Shown piece after piece: positions 53,097-64,000 of a DNA stretch of 64,000 nt (position 1 is the stretch's first letter; every line of letters begins with the position of its first letter). A program made the position numbers and the translations under genes. A model generated the notes under the pieces. It did not search any database, was not told the origin of the DNA, and worked only from the letters and a program-made list of their open reading frames with translations. The stretch comes from a virus (Duplodnaviria > Heunggongvirae > Uroviricota > Caudoviricetes), in the IMG/VR virus record IMGVR_UViG_3300028886_000029, positions 270,007 through 334,006 of that record; one strand, given 5' to 3'.

Positions 53097-54065
53097 CTAA
53101 TGGCACGATAGTTGTTATATAATAAATTGTGTAATTTTAAAAACAAATTGTTATGGAGAAGATAACCGATTTTAGTTACAATGATGTTGTTCTTTATGCA
53201 AAAGGTTGGTATAAAAGGACTGACAATGTATTCAATGACATAAAGGAATGTCTTAAGGAAGATAATGTGTATAACACTTGGGATAATATGTCCCCAAGAG
53301 ACATTTGTGGTCATATGCTAAGATGCCTTGATAAGATATATGGTTATCTTGATGATAATGACAAAAAGAATGGTAGATGGCTTTGCAGTCATGCCGCCTT
53401 TCTTGACACGATAGAACACAAGATGAAATTTTATGGAAACACTTATGAGGAAGCGATTGTATATACAGTTCTTTCAATCCTGCAAGGATTGAGTATTGAT
53501 GAGATTGAATTGAAAGCTCCGAAATATGGTAAGGGTCGTAGAAGAATGGGTGGAATGTTTAGTAATTATCCTATTTCTATGACATATAAAGAAATGAATA
53601 AAATTGCACAATTAACATTTAATAAAAAATAGTTTGGCATAGAATGTGCAAGTAATGTAAGTGTATATTGTTTAACATTTAAAAATTGTTTATTATGAAA
53701 AATAGTATTGAACTTTTACCCAAGGCGATTGAGTTTAACGATGGGAGATATTATGAACTAAGGATATATGTCACGGCATGGTTTAAACTTTGCTTAGCAT
53801 ATTGTAATCCTTTTCGTAGAAGCAGTGGGTGTTTGTCAGATGACGACAACATCTTAACGGTTGTTGTTGAGGGTGACAACAAGATTGAGAAGAAAATGAC
53901 AAATGACTATACAGTGATTTTCGATGCGTCTGATGTTGAGGATGCCGTTGATATTACATTAAGGAGAATAACCGCCTTACAAAATATTTGTGGTGATAAT
54001 GTTAAGTTAAAATATTAGTTTGGTCTTATCTTTGTAAATATAGAAATTGTTAAAATAGAAGTGTT

Positions 54066-54464
54066 ATGATTTCAGAAGATTATGTCACCTACGAGACCGC
54101 AAAACTCTTAAAGGAGAAAGGGTTTGATGAAGCTACTATTGGTTACTATAATACCCTATGTGAAATACCCGAAAGGATAAAATTTTTCGATTCTCCAATT
54201 TTTATATACGGCAGTGATGGACTTATCGGATGTATTCAGGCCCCAACCCTTCAGATGACGATGAAGTGGTTGAGGGAAGTACACGGTATTGATATTGAAG
54301 TGCGAACTCATTATTTGAATTATCTAAAACCAAACGATATTCGTTATTATAGCGGAAAAATCTTAAAAGGTAGTGAGGACGTAATACACACTATATACTC
54401 AAAAGATACCTATGAGCAAGTCGCTGAAGCAGGTATTCGTTACTGTCTTGAAAATTTAATTTAG
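54066..54464 (+). CDS. hypothetical phage protein (EDYV..ETAKLLKEKGF family)
   Basis: APTLQMTMKWLREVHGI motif. Confidence 0.6.
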   Translation: MISEDYVTYETAKLLKEKGFDEATIGYYNTLCEIPERIKFFDSPIFIYGSDGLIGCIQAPTLQMTMKWLREVHGIDIEVRTHYLNYLKPNDIRYYSGKILKGSEDVIHTIYSKDTYEQVAEAGIRYCLENLI

Positions 54465-56020
54465 ATAATGACAAGGTTTGGCATTATTCTTGCAAATAAT
54501 GTAAGTGTATTGTTTAATTTAAAAATTGTTTGTTATGCAAAAGAAAAATGTTAACATTAATGTGAGTGAGAGAGTTGTTAGTATTGCCAATATGATTAAT
54601 GATAATAACAATCCTGCGGTAAACCAAATTGTCATTGAATTGGAAAATCGTGGAAAACTTTTTGTAAGTTATAGCTCACTTATTTGTTATAAAAAAGGTG
54701 ATATTGTTTATTTATCATCAAAATGGAATTTTAGTCAAACCACACGAAAGCATCTTTATATGTTTATGAGGGACGAACTTGGTTGGCAGAATATTAAAAA
54801 GAAAAAAGATGTTGAACAACTGATTAAAGAAAGTAATGTTCTTATTTTGGTAAATCAAATTGTTTTTTAAAGAATATCCAAATAGTTTGGCATAGAATGT
54901 GCAAGTAATGTGAATGTATTAAAATTAATTAATTATGACTGGAAAAGATGTAATAAAATATATTCAAGAAAATAATCTTGAGGACGCAAAAGTAACGGTT
55001 ACTGCTACAATGTATTATCATGGTGACCATGATTGTCGTACAACTGATGAGGTGTCAATATCACAAGAAAGCGAAAGAATGAAAGTTGAGTGTGAGGGAA
55101 AAAGGCCCAAATACATAACTGTTCCTACGATTGATTTCTATGTTGATTCTTATCTTTATTAAATTATGACAAGAGAAGAAGCAAAAAACATCATTTGGAA
55201 CAAATTTCTTGAAAAGGCATTTTGTTCAAAATTATATGCCTAAGAATCCCATTGTTTTGGGTGATGGTAGTATTGTCACTATGATATATAGTACAATAAG
55301 AGGTATGTATGATAACTATGTTGTTTCTGATTATGATGGTGTTTTAAACGATGAGCTTGTGTCTTTGTTTGTCGTATTTAAGGAAACCAACGCGAACGGA
55401 TTTTCAAAATTTAGACAGTTAAAAAACATGAAAACTGAAGATATAATCACTATTGCCGAAAGGATGATGGCATAGTCTTTGCAAGTAATGTAGATGTATT
55501 GTTTAAAAATTGTTTAACTTTAAAAATTATTTTGTTATGGAAATGAATATGTTTTGGAATGAAATGCAAAAGCTTCATGCTAAGATTAAGAGCTACATTT
55601 GTGAGTTTTTCAGTGAAAACAATTTAGAGAGTATTAATATGTTGCCTTATGTGAGTAATGGCTACATTGATTCGTTTACATTTTTTGATGTTGATAACGA
55701 TGGTTGTTATGGTGTCGCTTTAAATGTTGATAGCATTGAATATAACAAAGACAAAAACGAAATTAAAGCGGTATTGTCTGATTATGAGGGTGTACATGAA
55801 GTAACACGTTCTTTTATAGATTTCAATACCCAAGAACTGCTTTATTTGGCTGATATGTTGTCAATGATTAAGACCGCACACGAAACTAAAAACACACCCT
55901 ATCTTGCTATTGGTGAAGAATTTGATTTTGATGAACTCCTTTTTCAATGATTATGAGTAGTTTGGTATAGACCTTGCAAGTAATGTGAATGTATTATTTA
56001 ACTTTTAATTTGTTTTAGTT

Positions 56021-56248
56021 ATGGCAACCATACTCAACGATTGGGAAAAGCTCCTTCAATATGCAAATGAAGATTTGGAGAAACACGGATATTTGCTTCT
56101 TATTAGTGAAGATGAGGGTTGTTACTCATGTATAATATGGCACAATGGTAAGCAAATAGCCGTTTATGCTGAAAACTATTTTGAGGACGAACTTACTGAT
56201 TTGATTACTGATGCTTGGCATCATGTTATAGGTACTTATATAGTATAA
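56021..56248 (+). CDS. hypothetical protein, paralog of 47281..47508
   Basis: Same conserved motifs as 47281..47508. Confidence 0.75.
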   Translation: MATILNDWEKLLQYANEDLEKHGYLLLISEDEGCYSCIIWHNGKQIAVYAENYFEDELTDLITDAWHHVIGTYIV

Positions 56249-59200
56249 GTATATAAAGATATGAAAACAATAACAAAGGAACAGTGGTATAAGATGCTTG
56301 CCGTTAATTGTAATCGAAGCAAGCATAGGTTTAGGACAAACAACTATGGCATAACATTTTGTGTTATTTGTGGCTTGTTATCCAATAAGGGGGCAGATGT
56401 TCTAAATGAGGAAGAAAAGATTAAAGTGGTTTAGTCATGTACAAGTTTTTTTATACTCTAACATTTGATGATGGCACGATAATTGACGATAGTTGTTATT
56501 GTGAGAGTGAGAAAGAACTGTTAAATATGTTGGCATATCTATATCCAACGGCATTTGTTGAAGTTTTTTAGGATTTCTTTCACTATGGCACGGAATGTGC
56601 AAGTAATGTAAGTGTAATTTTAAAAACTAATTGTTATGACAAAGATTTTACTTAACGATGAGACTGATTGGTACACCGCATTTGATACAAGGACATTTGC
56701 ACTGAACACCTCAACATTTTTGTTTGAGAACACTTCATGGACAGAGGGATTGTTCGCTTTCATTTATGATGATAAGGACACAATGTTTGATGAGAGTGAT
56801 GTTTCAATAGTTGTTAGGGAAAAGAAACCGATGTTTCTTCTTTATAACACAAGAAACGAATTAATTGGTTATGTCAATTAGTTTGGCACGGAATGTGTAA
56901 GTAATGTAGATGTATTGTTTAACTTAAAAGATGTTTGTTATGAAAGTCAAATTTTTTGAGGATTTCACAAAGAATGACCTTTGGGCATTGAGAAATGAGA
57001 TTAGTTTAGGTAGTCTTTTTGTTTATGACTATGAGAATAGTTTTAACCTTGACCCTCATACAGTGTCCGATTTCTTCGATAGTTACGTTGACTATCTTGA
57101 TAACGAATGTGGCGGCATTGACAATGATAGCATTGACAATCTTTTTGATTGGTTCTGCTGCTATGACGATTTGTCTTTCATGAGGTATGACCTTGAAGAA
57201 TTGGTTGACGAACTGAATGGGGTGACGGAGGAACAACATTGGATTGAGGATGGCAGGTACTTTGTTTGCTACGATACCGACAACATGGACAATATTGATG
57301 AGATTAGTGAAAAAGAACTAATCAATAAGATAAATAGAAAACTTGTTGACTATTAATATTATTGAATATATATTAGATAATAACAAAATATCTAATATAT
57401 ATTCAATAATTATGGGTTTAACAAAAGAACAATGGGTAATGAAAAGGATTAAAGAGCTTACCGACATTGTTAATAAAAAAGGCAAGGAGATTAAAAAGGA
57501 AATCAGATATTATTGTGGCAAAGAACCGCTGATTATCAAAGATATTTGTTGTGATGGAATCGCTTTGGTAAAAGATGAACTTGTTTTCGCTGACAACAGT
57601 AAGCACGGATTTACCATAAGGAAAAAAGCAAACGAAGTGGAAAGGAAATATTTGGAAGAAGTTTTGTCTGATTTGAAATAGTTTGGCATAGTCCTTGCAA
57701 GTATTATAAGTGTTTGGTTTTTATGTTTAATTGTTTTATTTTTAACTCGTTTTTTGGTATGGAAGACAAACTTTACAATTTTATTCAAGACATTATTGAC
57801 AATCTGTCAGACGATGATTTGAGAAATCTGCATCAAGATTATTGTGAATGTAATAATTATACCGATGACATGATTTTTTCAATGTGTGATTTCAATGACT
57901 TGAATAACAACAAAACACCTCTTGAAATTGCTGAATTGGTGTGTGGTAATGATTTCAATCCTAATCATGATTGGTTCAAGTACACTATCTATGGTGTTGA
58001 GTCTTCTGACAATGTTTCGGATTTGATTTACATCAGTGACTTGGTTAATTGGGTTGAGATTGACCCCTATAGGATTAGGAAATATCTTGATTATGATGAG
58101 GAGGAGGAACTTGACGAACTTCTTGGTCTGAATGACGATGAGGATTGGGAAGAAGATGAGGATGAAGACGACAATGATGAATAATAAGGTACTCATTTGA
58201 GTACTTTTATCAGCAAAATTCACAATTTATAAATCGCAAATTTTATATGGAAAAGATTATGATTGATAGCCTTAATAGGACTTATGTTGAGACATTGGTT
58301 ATGCCTTTCATTAGTGACGAAAACGATAGAGCCAAAATGGTCAGTCATATTATAGAGCATGTTGGCGCAGACGCTAACTTGGATGAGTATAACAAGTACA
58401 TGGGTGAACTTATTTTCAAGGGTGTAGATGCAGAGTATTACATTTAGTTTCTGCGGACAGAAATACACGCATGAGTTTTTCTTCGGTACCAAACCGATAA
58501 ATTGGTTTGGAATAAAGGACACGAATGGCAAATGGCACGATTGTTGTTACAATATGGAATTGGATTGTATATTCATATTTGGACAAGATAGTGATTATTT
58601 AGAAGAAACAAGTGTATGTATTGCGTAAAAAGATTTTACATTAAAAACGACATTGACCATCAGTATCAAGAGTTTTATAATAACATTGTCAGTATGGTTA
58701 TTGGTTTGTTTACTATAAAAGAAAATTGTTATAAGATTAAAGTAGTTAAAATTAAAAGTGTTTAGTTATGGGCAGTTATCAAGGTGATATGTTCGTCAAA
58801 AATTTGTTTTGGGATTTGTTTGAGGAAACAAGTAAACCTCATATTCTCAAATACGATTTTTATAACCTCAACGGTGACGACAAATATGAGATTGCGAAAA
58901 AGACATTTGATGATTGTGTGGAGATAATCAATGAGCAATATCCGCATTTTAGTGAAGACAATCCGATTTGGCAGGAGGAATATAGGGACAACATTGTCTT
59001 TGAATTTACCCAAATGTTGTAAAAATTTTTGATTTTGGCTGACTTTCGGAAAGAACGGCATACTCTTTGTTACATTAGTTAATGTGAATTATAAAAACGA
59101 AAAATCATGAAAGAGTTTAACAAATGGTTTAAGATTAGTTTTTCCTTTAGGGGTACGGACTTTGAACACACAATTCACCTTAATCAAATTGAGGTTGACG

Positions 59201-59502
59201 AATGTACTTGGTTCTATTACTTTGACATCAATATCAAAGAGGATACTTATAGAGTTGAGGTGTTCGGCACTTATGATGATAACGGTAATGTGAGGACAAC
59301 GGGTGATTGTGTTGTTGACGGTAGAGAGGTTGTGCCCGTATTCGGAATTAACATTCTTGACGACTTTGATGATGTTATTGACATTATAGATGATATTGAC
59401 ATCATAGATGCGGATTAATAAATATTTTTTGTTTTTTTAAAATATTTATATAAATTTGCTAAACATTTTAAAAATAATTTTTATTAAAAAAAGAACCGAA
59501 TT

Positions 59503-59667
59503 ATGAAAAAGATAGTATCAAGTATTGTTATTATTATGATGGCTATTGTCATGGTTTCATGTGGAAACAGAACCAAGAAGGTTGATACCGTTAATGAGGT
59601 TGCTGATACCACAGAGGTTGTGGCTGATAGCACCACAGTGGCGGTTGACAGTACAGTAGTTGAGTAA
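59503..59667 (+). CDS. 54-aa lipoprotein (below ORF-track cutoff)
   Basis: MKKIVSSIVIIMMAIVMVS-CGNRTKKVDTVNEVADTTEVVADSTTVAVDSTVVE*. Confidence 0.8.
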   Translation: MKKIVSSIVIIMMAIVMVSCGNRTKKVDTVNEVADTTEVVADSTTVAVDSTVVE

Positions 59668-62600
59668 TAACATTTTTTAAGTTAAACAATTTTTTTTTTG
59701 TCCATGTCAATAGTTTGGCATGGACTTTGTTTTATCTTGGTATGTAATTTAAAATATTTGTGTTATGGATATTGTTAAGACTATTGGTGCGAAAACTTAT
59801 GGCGGTATGACTTCCGTTGATTTCGGTGGTGTTTATCTCAACTCCATTTCATTGCAGTTCCACAACGGTAAAGAATGGATATATGATTATACCATATACG
59901 ATAGGGACTGTAATTTTCCTATGGTAATAAGGAAAGAATTCAAATGTTGTGTGGTAAATAATGTTGAAGAACTTCGTGCCGTTGGCAAGAAGATATTGGC
60001 AGGTGACACTTCTTTTCTCAATAGGGACATTGTTGTGAACACGAAAAAAGTTGACAAAGCAAGAATGGTTGAGATAGTCAGAACCAACAAAAACGTGATT
60101 ATGGCGGAAGAAAGCGCATATTTTGACAATACTTGGTATGTTGTTGAGGTAAAATAAATAGTTTGGCATGGAATGTGCAAGTAATGTAAGTGTTTTTATT
60201 TGTTTAACTTTTAATTTGTTTTGATTATGTACTACGACAAGGAAAGATTTGACAATGCTTTCAAGAAATTTCTTCATGAGTTTATTTGGTCAACTGAAAC
60301 TCTTGATGGATTCAATGAGTTTGACATAAAGGAATTTAAAAAGAAAATGACCAATGATGAGGACTTCAAACAACGTTTCCGTGAGATGTTCAATGGTATG
60401 ATTGATGATTATGTCAGTGACATTATTGAGAACAAGAGAGAGGTAAGGCGTTTTCATGTTACCAATATTGTATGGGATATGACTGATTCCCAAGGTAATT
60501 CCGAAGATGAGGGTATTTCACTTCCCAATGAAATTGACTTGTATTGCTTTGATGAGGACGAAATCGCTGACACACTTTCAGACGATTATGGCTTTTGTGT
60601 GAAAAGTTTTGTGGTAAACTATTAAAACTAAAATATCATGGCAAGAAATAAGATGCAATTAATTAACAAGATTAAAGGACTTGTTAGGAAAAACACGGAT
60701 AATAATACCTATTACTTCGCAACCAATACGATTGCGGATATGTGGAACAATGAGAAGAAGATACCAACGGTACTTCATTATCTTAAAGTAAAAAACGATG
60801 TGCTTTACATTTGTGTGTCAGATGTGTGGCTTGACCACTCCATTGAGAAATTCAGTGACTTTGACATTGATGAGATTGAGTATGTGTACAATTTGGTTTT
60901 AAACAATAAGTAATATGTTGTCAGATAATTTCAGAAGCAAGGCGACCGACCTTAATGCGGATATTGAGATTGCGATTGCCAAAATCATAAACAAGAAAAA
61001 CATTAAAGACCCTTCAATCAAAATTGGTGTTGATGATAACAATAACAGATGTGTCTTGTTCAATGGTTGTCCAATAAGAAAACTACATATCGAAGACAAT
61101 CTTACAATTCTTGAGAATTTGGAAAACCAAAACGATGTTTTGGCATAGACCTTGCAAGTAATGTAGATGTATATTTTGTTTAACTAAAAAAATCTGTTTG
61201 TTATGAAAAAGGAAATTATCAACACAACTTATCTTGATTCAAGGTGGTATCTTGACTATAAGTATGAGGACTATGTTAGGGATTGTGAGGACTTGGGCAT
61301 TGAACCTTGTGAGGAAAATTCAAATGGTTATTGGGATTACATTTCCGAAGAAACAAATATCAACTATGAGGACTTTTTCGATAACCTTGAATATTCCCCT
61401 ATCAATAACACACCTTGTATGGTTGTTGGCTCCGTTGGAAGATGGAACGGTGATTTTGAGATTGTTCCTGTCCTTTTCGATAACATTTCAGATGCTATCC
61501 ACAAATGCCTTAATGGTGCGGACGATTATGAGATTGTTTTGAAAGACGGTTATATCACCGTTTGTGGCTATCATCATGACGGTTGCAACTCCTTTGAGAT
61601 TCATATTCTTTCCAAAAAAGGTATGAAAGAAATTGATAGACCTAAATACAATTATGAGGACTATAATGTAAAACCTTGGTGGTTTAAGAAAATTTATGGT
61701 TATCTTTTCTAATAATGGCATGGTCTTTGCCATTATTGTCAATGTTATTTTGTTTTAATTTAAAGTTTATGGTTATGACAGAAAAATTTACTCTTTCAAA
61801 CGGAAAAGAGGTCAAAGTTAGTGTTCATAGGAACGGCACAAGCAGTGTTATGCTTAATGGTAAACACTATAAGTACAAGGTTATTGTGGAAGTTAACAAC
61901 ATAACCAAATACTTTAATTTCCACGACAGTATCGCTAATTATACAAAAGGTGCCTATCCTATTGTCGGTGAGTGTTTGGGATGCGTGCTGATGGATGCTT
62001 TCGATTATTATGAGAATTCCAATCCCCAAAACTTTGCCAATGAGTTTGGTTACGAAATAGGTACAAGGGAATTTGTAAGAGCCTATAATGGTTGCGAAAA
62101 AGCATATTATAAGATGTTGTCAATGTTTTCATTTGACGAAATGTATGAACTATACAATTTTCTTGCAGAAAAAGGTTATATTTAATGATAATGGCATGGT
62201 CTTTGCCATTATTGTTAATGTATATTTTTGTTTGGTTTAAAATCATTTTATCATGAAAAAGTTTAATCTTGACATTTGTTTCTTTCCTGGTTTTTACGGA
62301 ACCATTTATGATTGTGTTGATAACGAAACAGCCGCCATTGAAATGGAAATGGAATATCAATCCACTTCTGAAAACCATGGACTTTCATTTGACGATTTTG
62401 TCTTTGATTGGGATGCCTATAAAAAAGCGGTGGCCGAAAACTTTGTGGATGCCTATGCCTTGTACGCAAAGGAAATCCCTTTCATTAAAGCAATTACGTT
62501 TGATGAGATTGAAAGTCCACGGTACTATAACTTTACGACTGACAAAATCTATTGTTGGTTTGAGTTCGCTGACTCATGGAAAGACGACATGAGAAAATTC

Positions 62601-63744
62601 ATGGATGAGAACTACGATTGGCTGAAAAATATCATCCATGAGGAACACACCTCAAGAAGCGGCTTCATATCCTTTATGGATAATGACATTGATGATTGGT
62701 ATAATCGTCTCTTTGTTGATGAGGAGAGCATCTACATTGAGGACATGATTAAATATATGATTATGTCAAAAAACAATGTGGAACAAATGTTGGATGATAT
62801 TAATATGACAGTATATGACAACGTGATTGAGACTGAATTCGTCTCCATCAAAGAAAAAAGCGAAAGTAATGTGTAATATATTATAAGTTACAGCCATTAA
62901 AACAATTTAACATGTAATATATTATATATAGTACTCATTTGAGTACCTTACGGCATGGTTATTGTATTATAGTGTAAGACTTAAAATTTTTATTATGGAT
63001 AAGGAAACCGCACAAAAAGTTTGTGATGAACTGAACACCTCAATTTGGAGGGAAACCATCAACAAGGCCATCTATAACAAGTTGGGCGTAAAAGTTGAAA
63101 TGGCCGCTAAGTTGTCTCACGGAAGAACCCAAGACTATGTTGTTCTTGAGGATACTTTCGGTAAGGATGTATCTGATAAAATGATGGGTAATAAACTTCT
63201 TAGACACCTTTTCGAAAAAGCCTATATTGAAATTGAAGTGTGGAACTTTGACGACTCTTATGGATTTCCTGTCAATGTATACTATAACCATCATGATGGT
63301 GGAAGCAATGGACATCAACTACTGCTTTTCTATATCATGAAGCACAATAGAAAAATCATCTATCGTTGAAATCTTTTTTGTCTTTTCCTATTATTTTAGT
63401 ATATTTGTAAAAAAAACACGTAATATGATTAAGTTTAATGATTTCGCAAAAGTAATAGACAAAATCTGCACACTTGACGACACAGCCGCTAAACTTGCGG
63501 ATATTGGTATTGATATCTATAACACCCCTTTCTATGAGTGTGCCACCTCTCTTGCTGAGGATTTCTTTAACTGCCATTTTAACGCTGATGGCGTTGACCT
63601 TATCTATTGGTGGCTTTATGAGGATGTTGAGAAACTTATCTATGATGAGCACCATAATATCGTTGATAATCTCACAAATATAGAAGACCTTTTTGATTAT
63701 CTTACTGACCCTGACAATAATTACTTGCTTTAAAACTCTATATT

Positions 63745-63987
63745 ATGTTTAAAAACAGAACAATCGAAGACAATGGATGCCTTACGGCTATTATCTATGC
63801 CCTCATAACAATCGTGGTTGTTATCGCATTGTCAGTCCTCTTCTCCCTACCAATTAAATGGCTATGGAACTGGCTTATGCCAACCATCTTTAACCTCCCA
63901 ACCATTACTTGGCTTCAGGCTCTTGGACTCTCTGTCTTGTCAGGCTTCCTCATTAGAAGTGTTAATACCTCTAATAACAATAAATAG
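63745..63987 (+). CDS. small membrane protein
   Basis: WLWNWLMPTIFNLPTITWLQALGL between hydrophobic segments. Confidence 0.7.
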   Translation: MFKNRTIEDNGCLTAIIYALITIVVVIALSVLFSLPIKWLWNWLMPTIFNLPTITWLQALGLSVLSGFLIRSVNTSNNNK

Positions 63988-64000
63988 TACTCATTTGAGT

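Larger units (their letters stand above)
44490..62965 (+). repeat. about 36 dispersed intergenic modules with sigma54-like core TGGCA-N8-GC
   Basis: Consensus (TAGT)TTGGCAYRGNNYKTGCAAGTAATGTARRTGTA...TTTAA...GTTATG, typically 50-70 nt upstream of an ATG. Confidence 0.9.
44877..63987 (+). other. array of about 45 small co-oriented hypothetical genes, many acidic/aromatic
   Basis: ORFs of about 55-210 aa on + strand, most starting at TTATG after the repeat module. Confidence 0.8.

Noticed and set aside
44490-62965. Repeat modules as a CRISPR array or integron attC sites
   Set aside because: Intervening sequences are 200-700-bp ORFs, repeats are degenerate, and no cas genes, attC R-box/hairpin structure or integrase are visible
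1-64000. TAG-to-Gln recoding as in Lak phages
   Set aside because: Long genes are intact in the standard code, and TAG ends conserved proteins at their expected C-termini (dUTPase, LRR paralogs 3 and 4)
1-64000. tRNA or rRNA genes
   Set aside because: No cloverleaf or rRNA-like segment noticed in intergenic gaps; checked by eye only

Overview
AT-rich, gene-dense 64-kb segment of a large (jumbo-type) tailed phage read in the standard code. The host is most likely a Bacteroidota, judging from TAnnTTTG -7 promoters, SD-less leaders and lipoproteins with D-S/T-x glycosylation motifs. The left 44 kb carries SbcC/gp46, a sigma70 factor, acidic head-associated proteins, ClpC, NADAR, RecD2, IF-1, a papain-like protease, dUTPase, a tnpB-only element with IS608-like ends, a GuaB/GuaC gene fractured by a split intein plus a free-standing endonuclease, and four dispersed paralogous LRR genes. 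A repeat-rich non-coding block at about 44.0-44.35 kb, where strand composition appears to flip, is a candidate origin. The right 20 kb is an array of about 45 small co-oriented genes. About 36 of them are preceded by a conserved 50-70-bp module whose core matches the sigma54 (-24/-12, GG-N10-GC) promoter consensus; this is the most unusual feature. All calls are by eye from motifs; no database searches were run.
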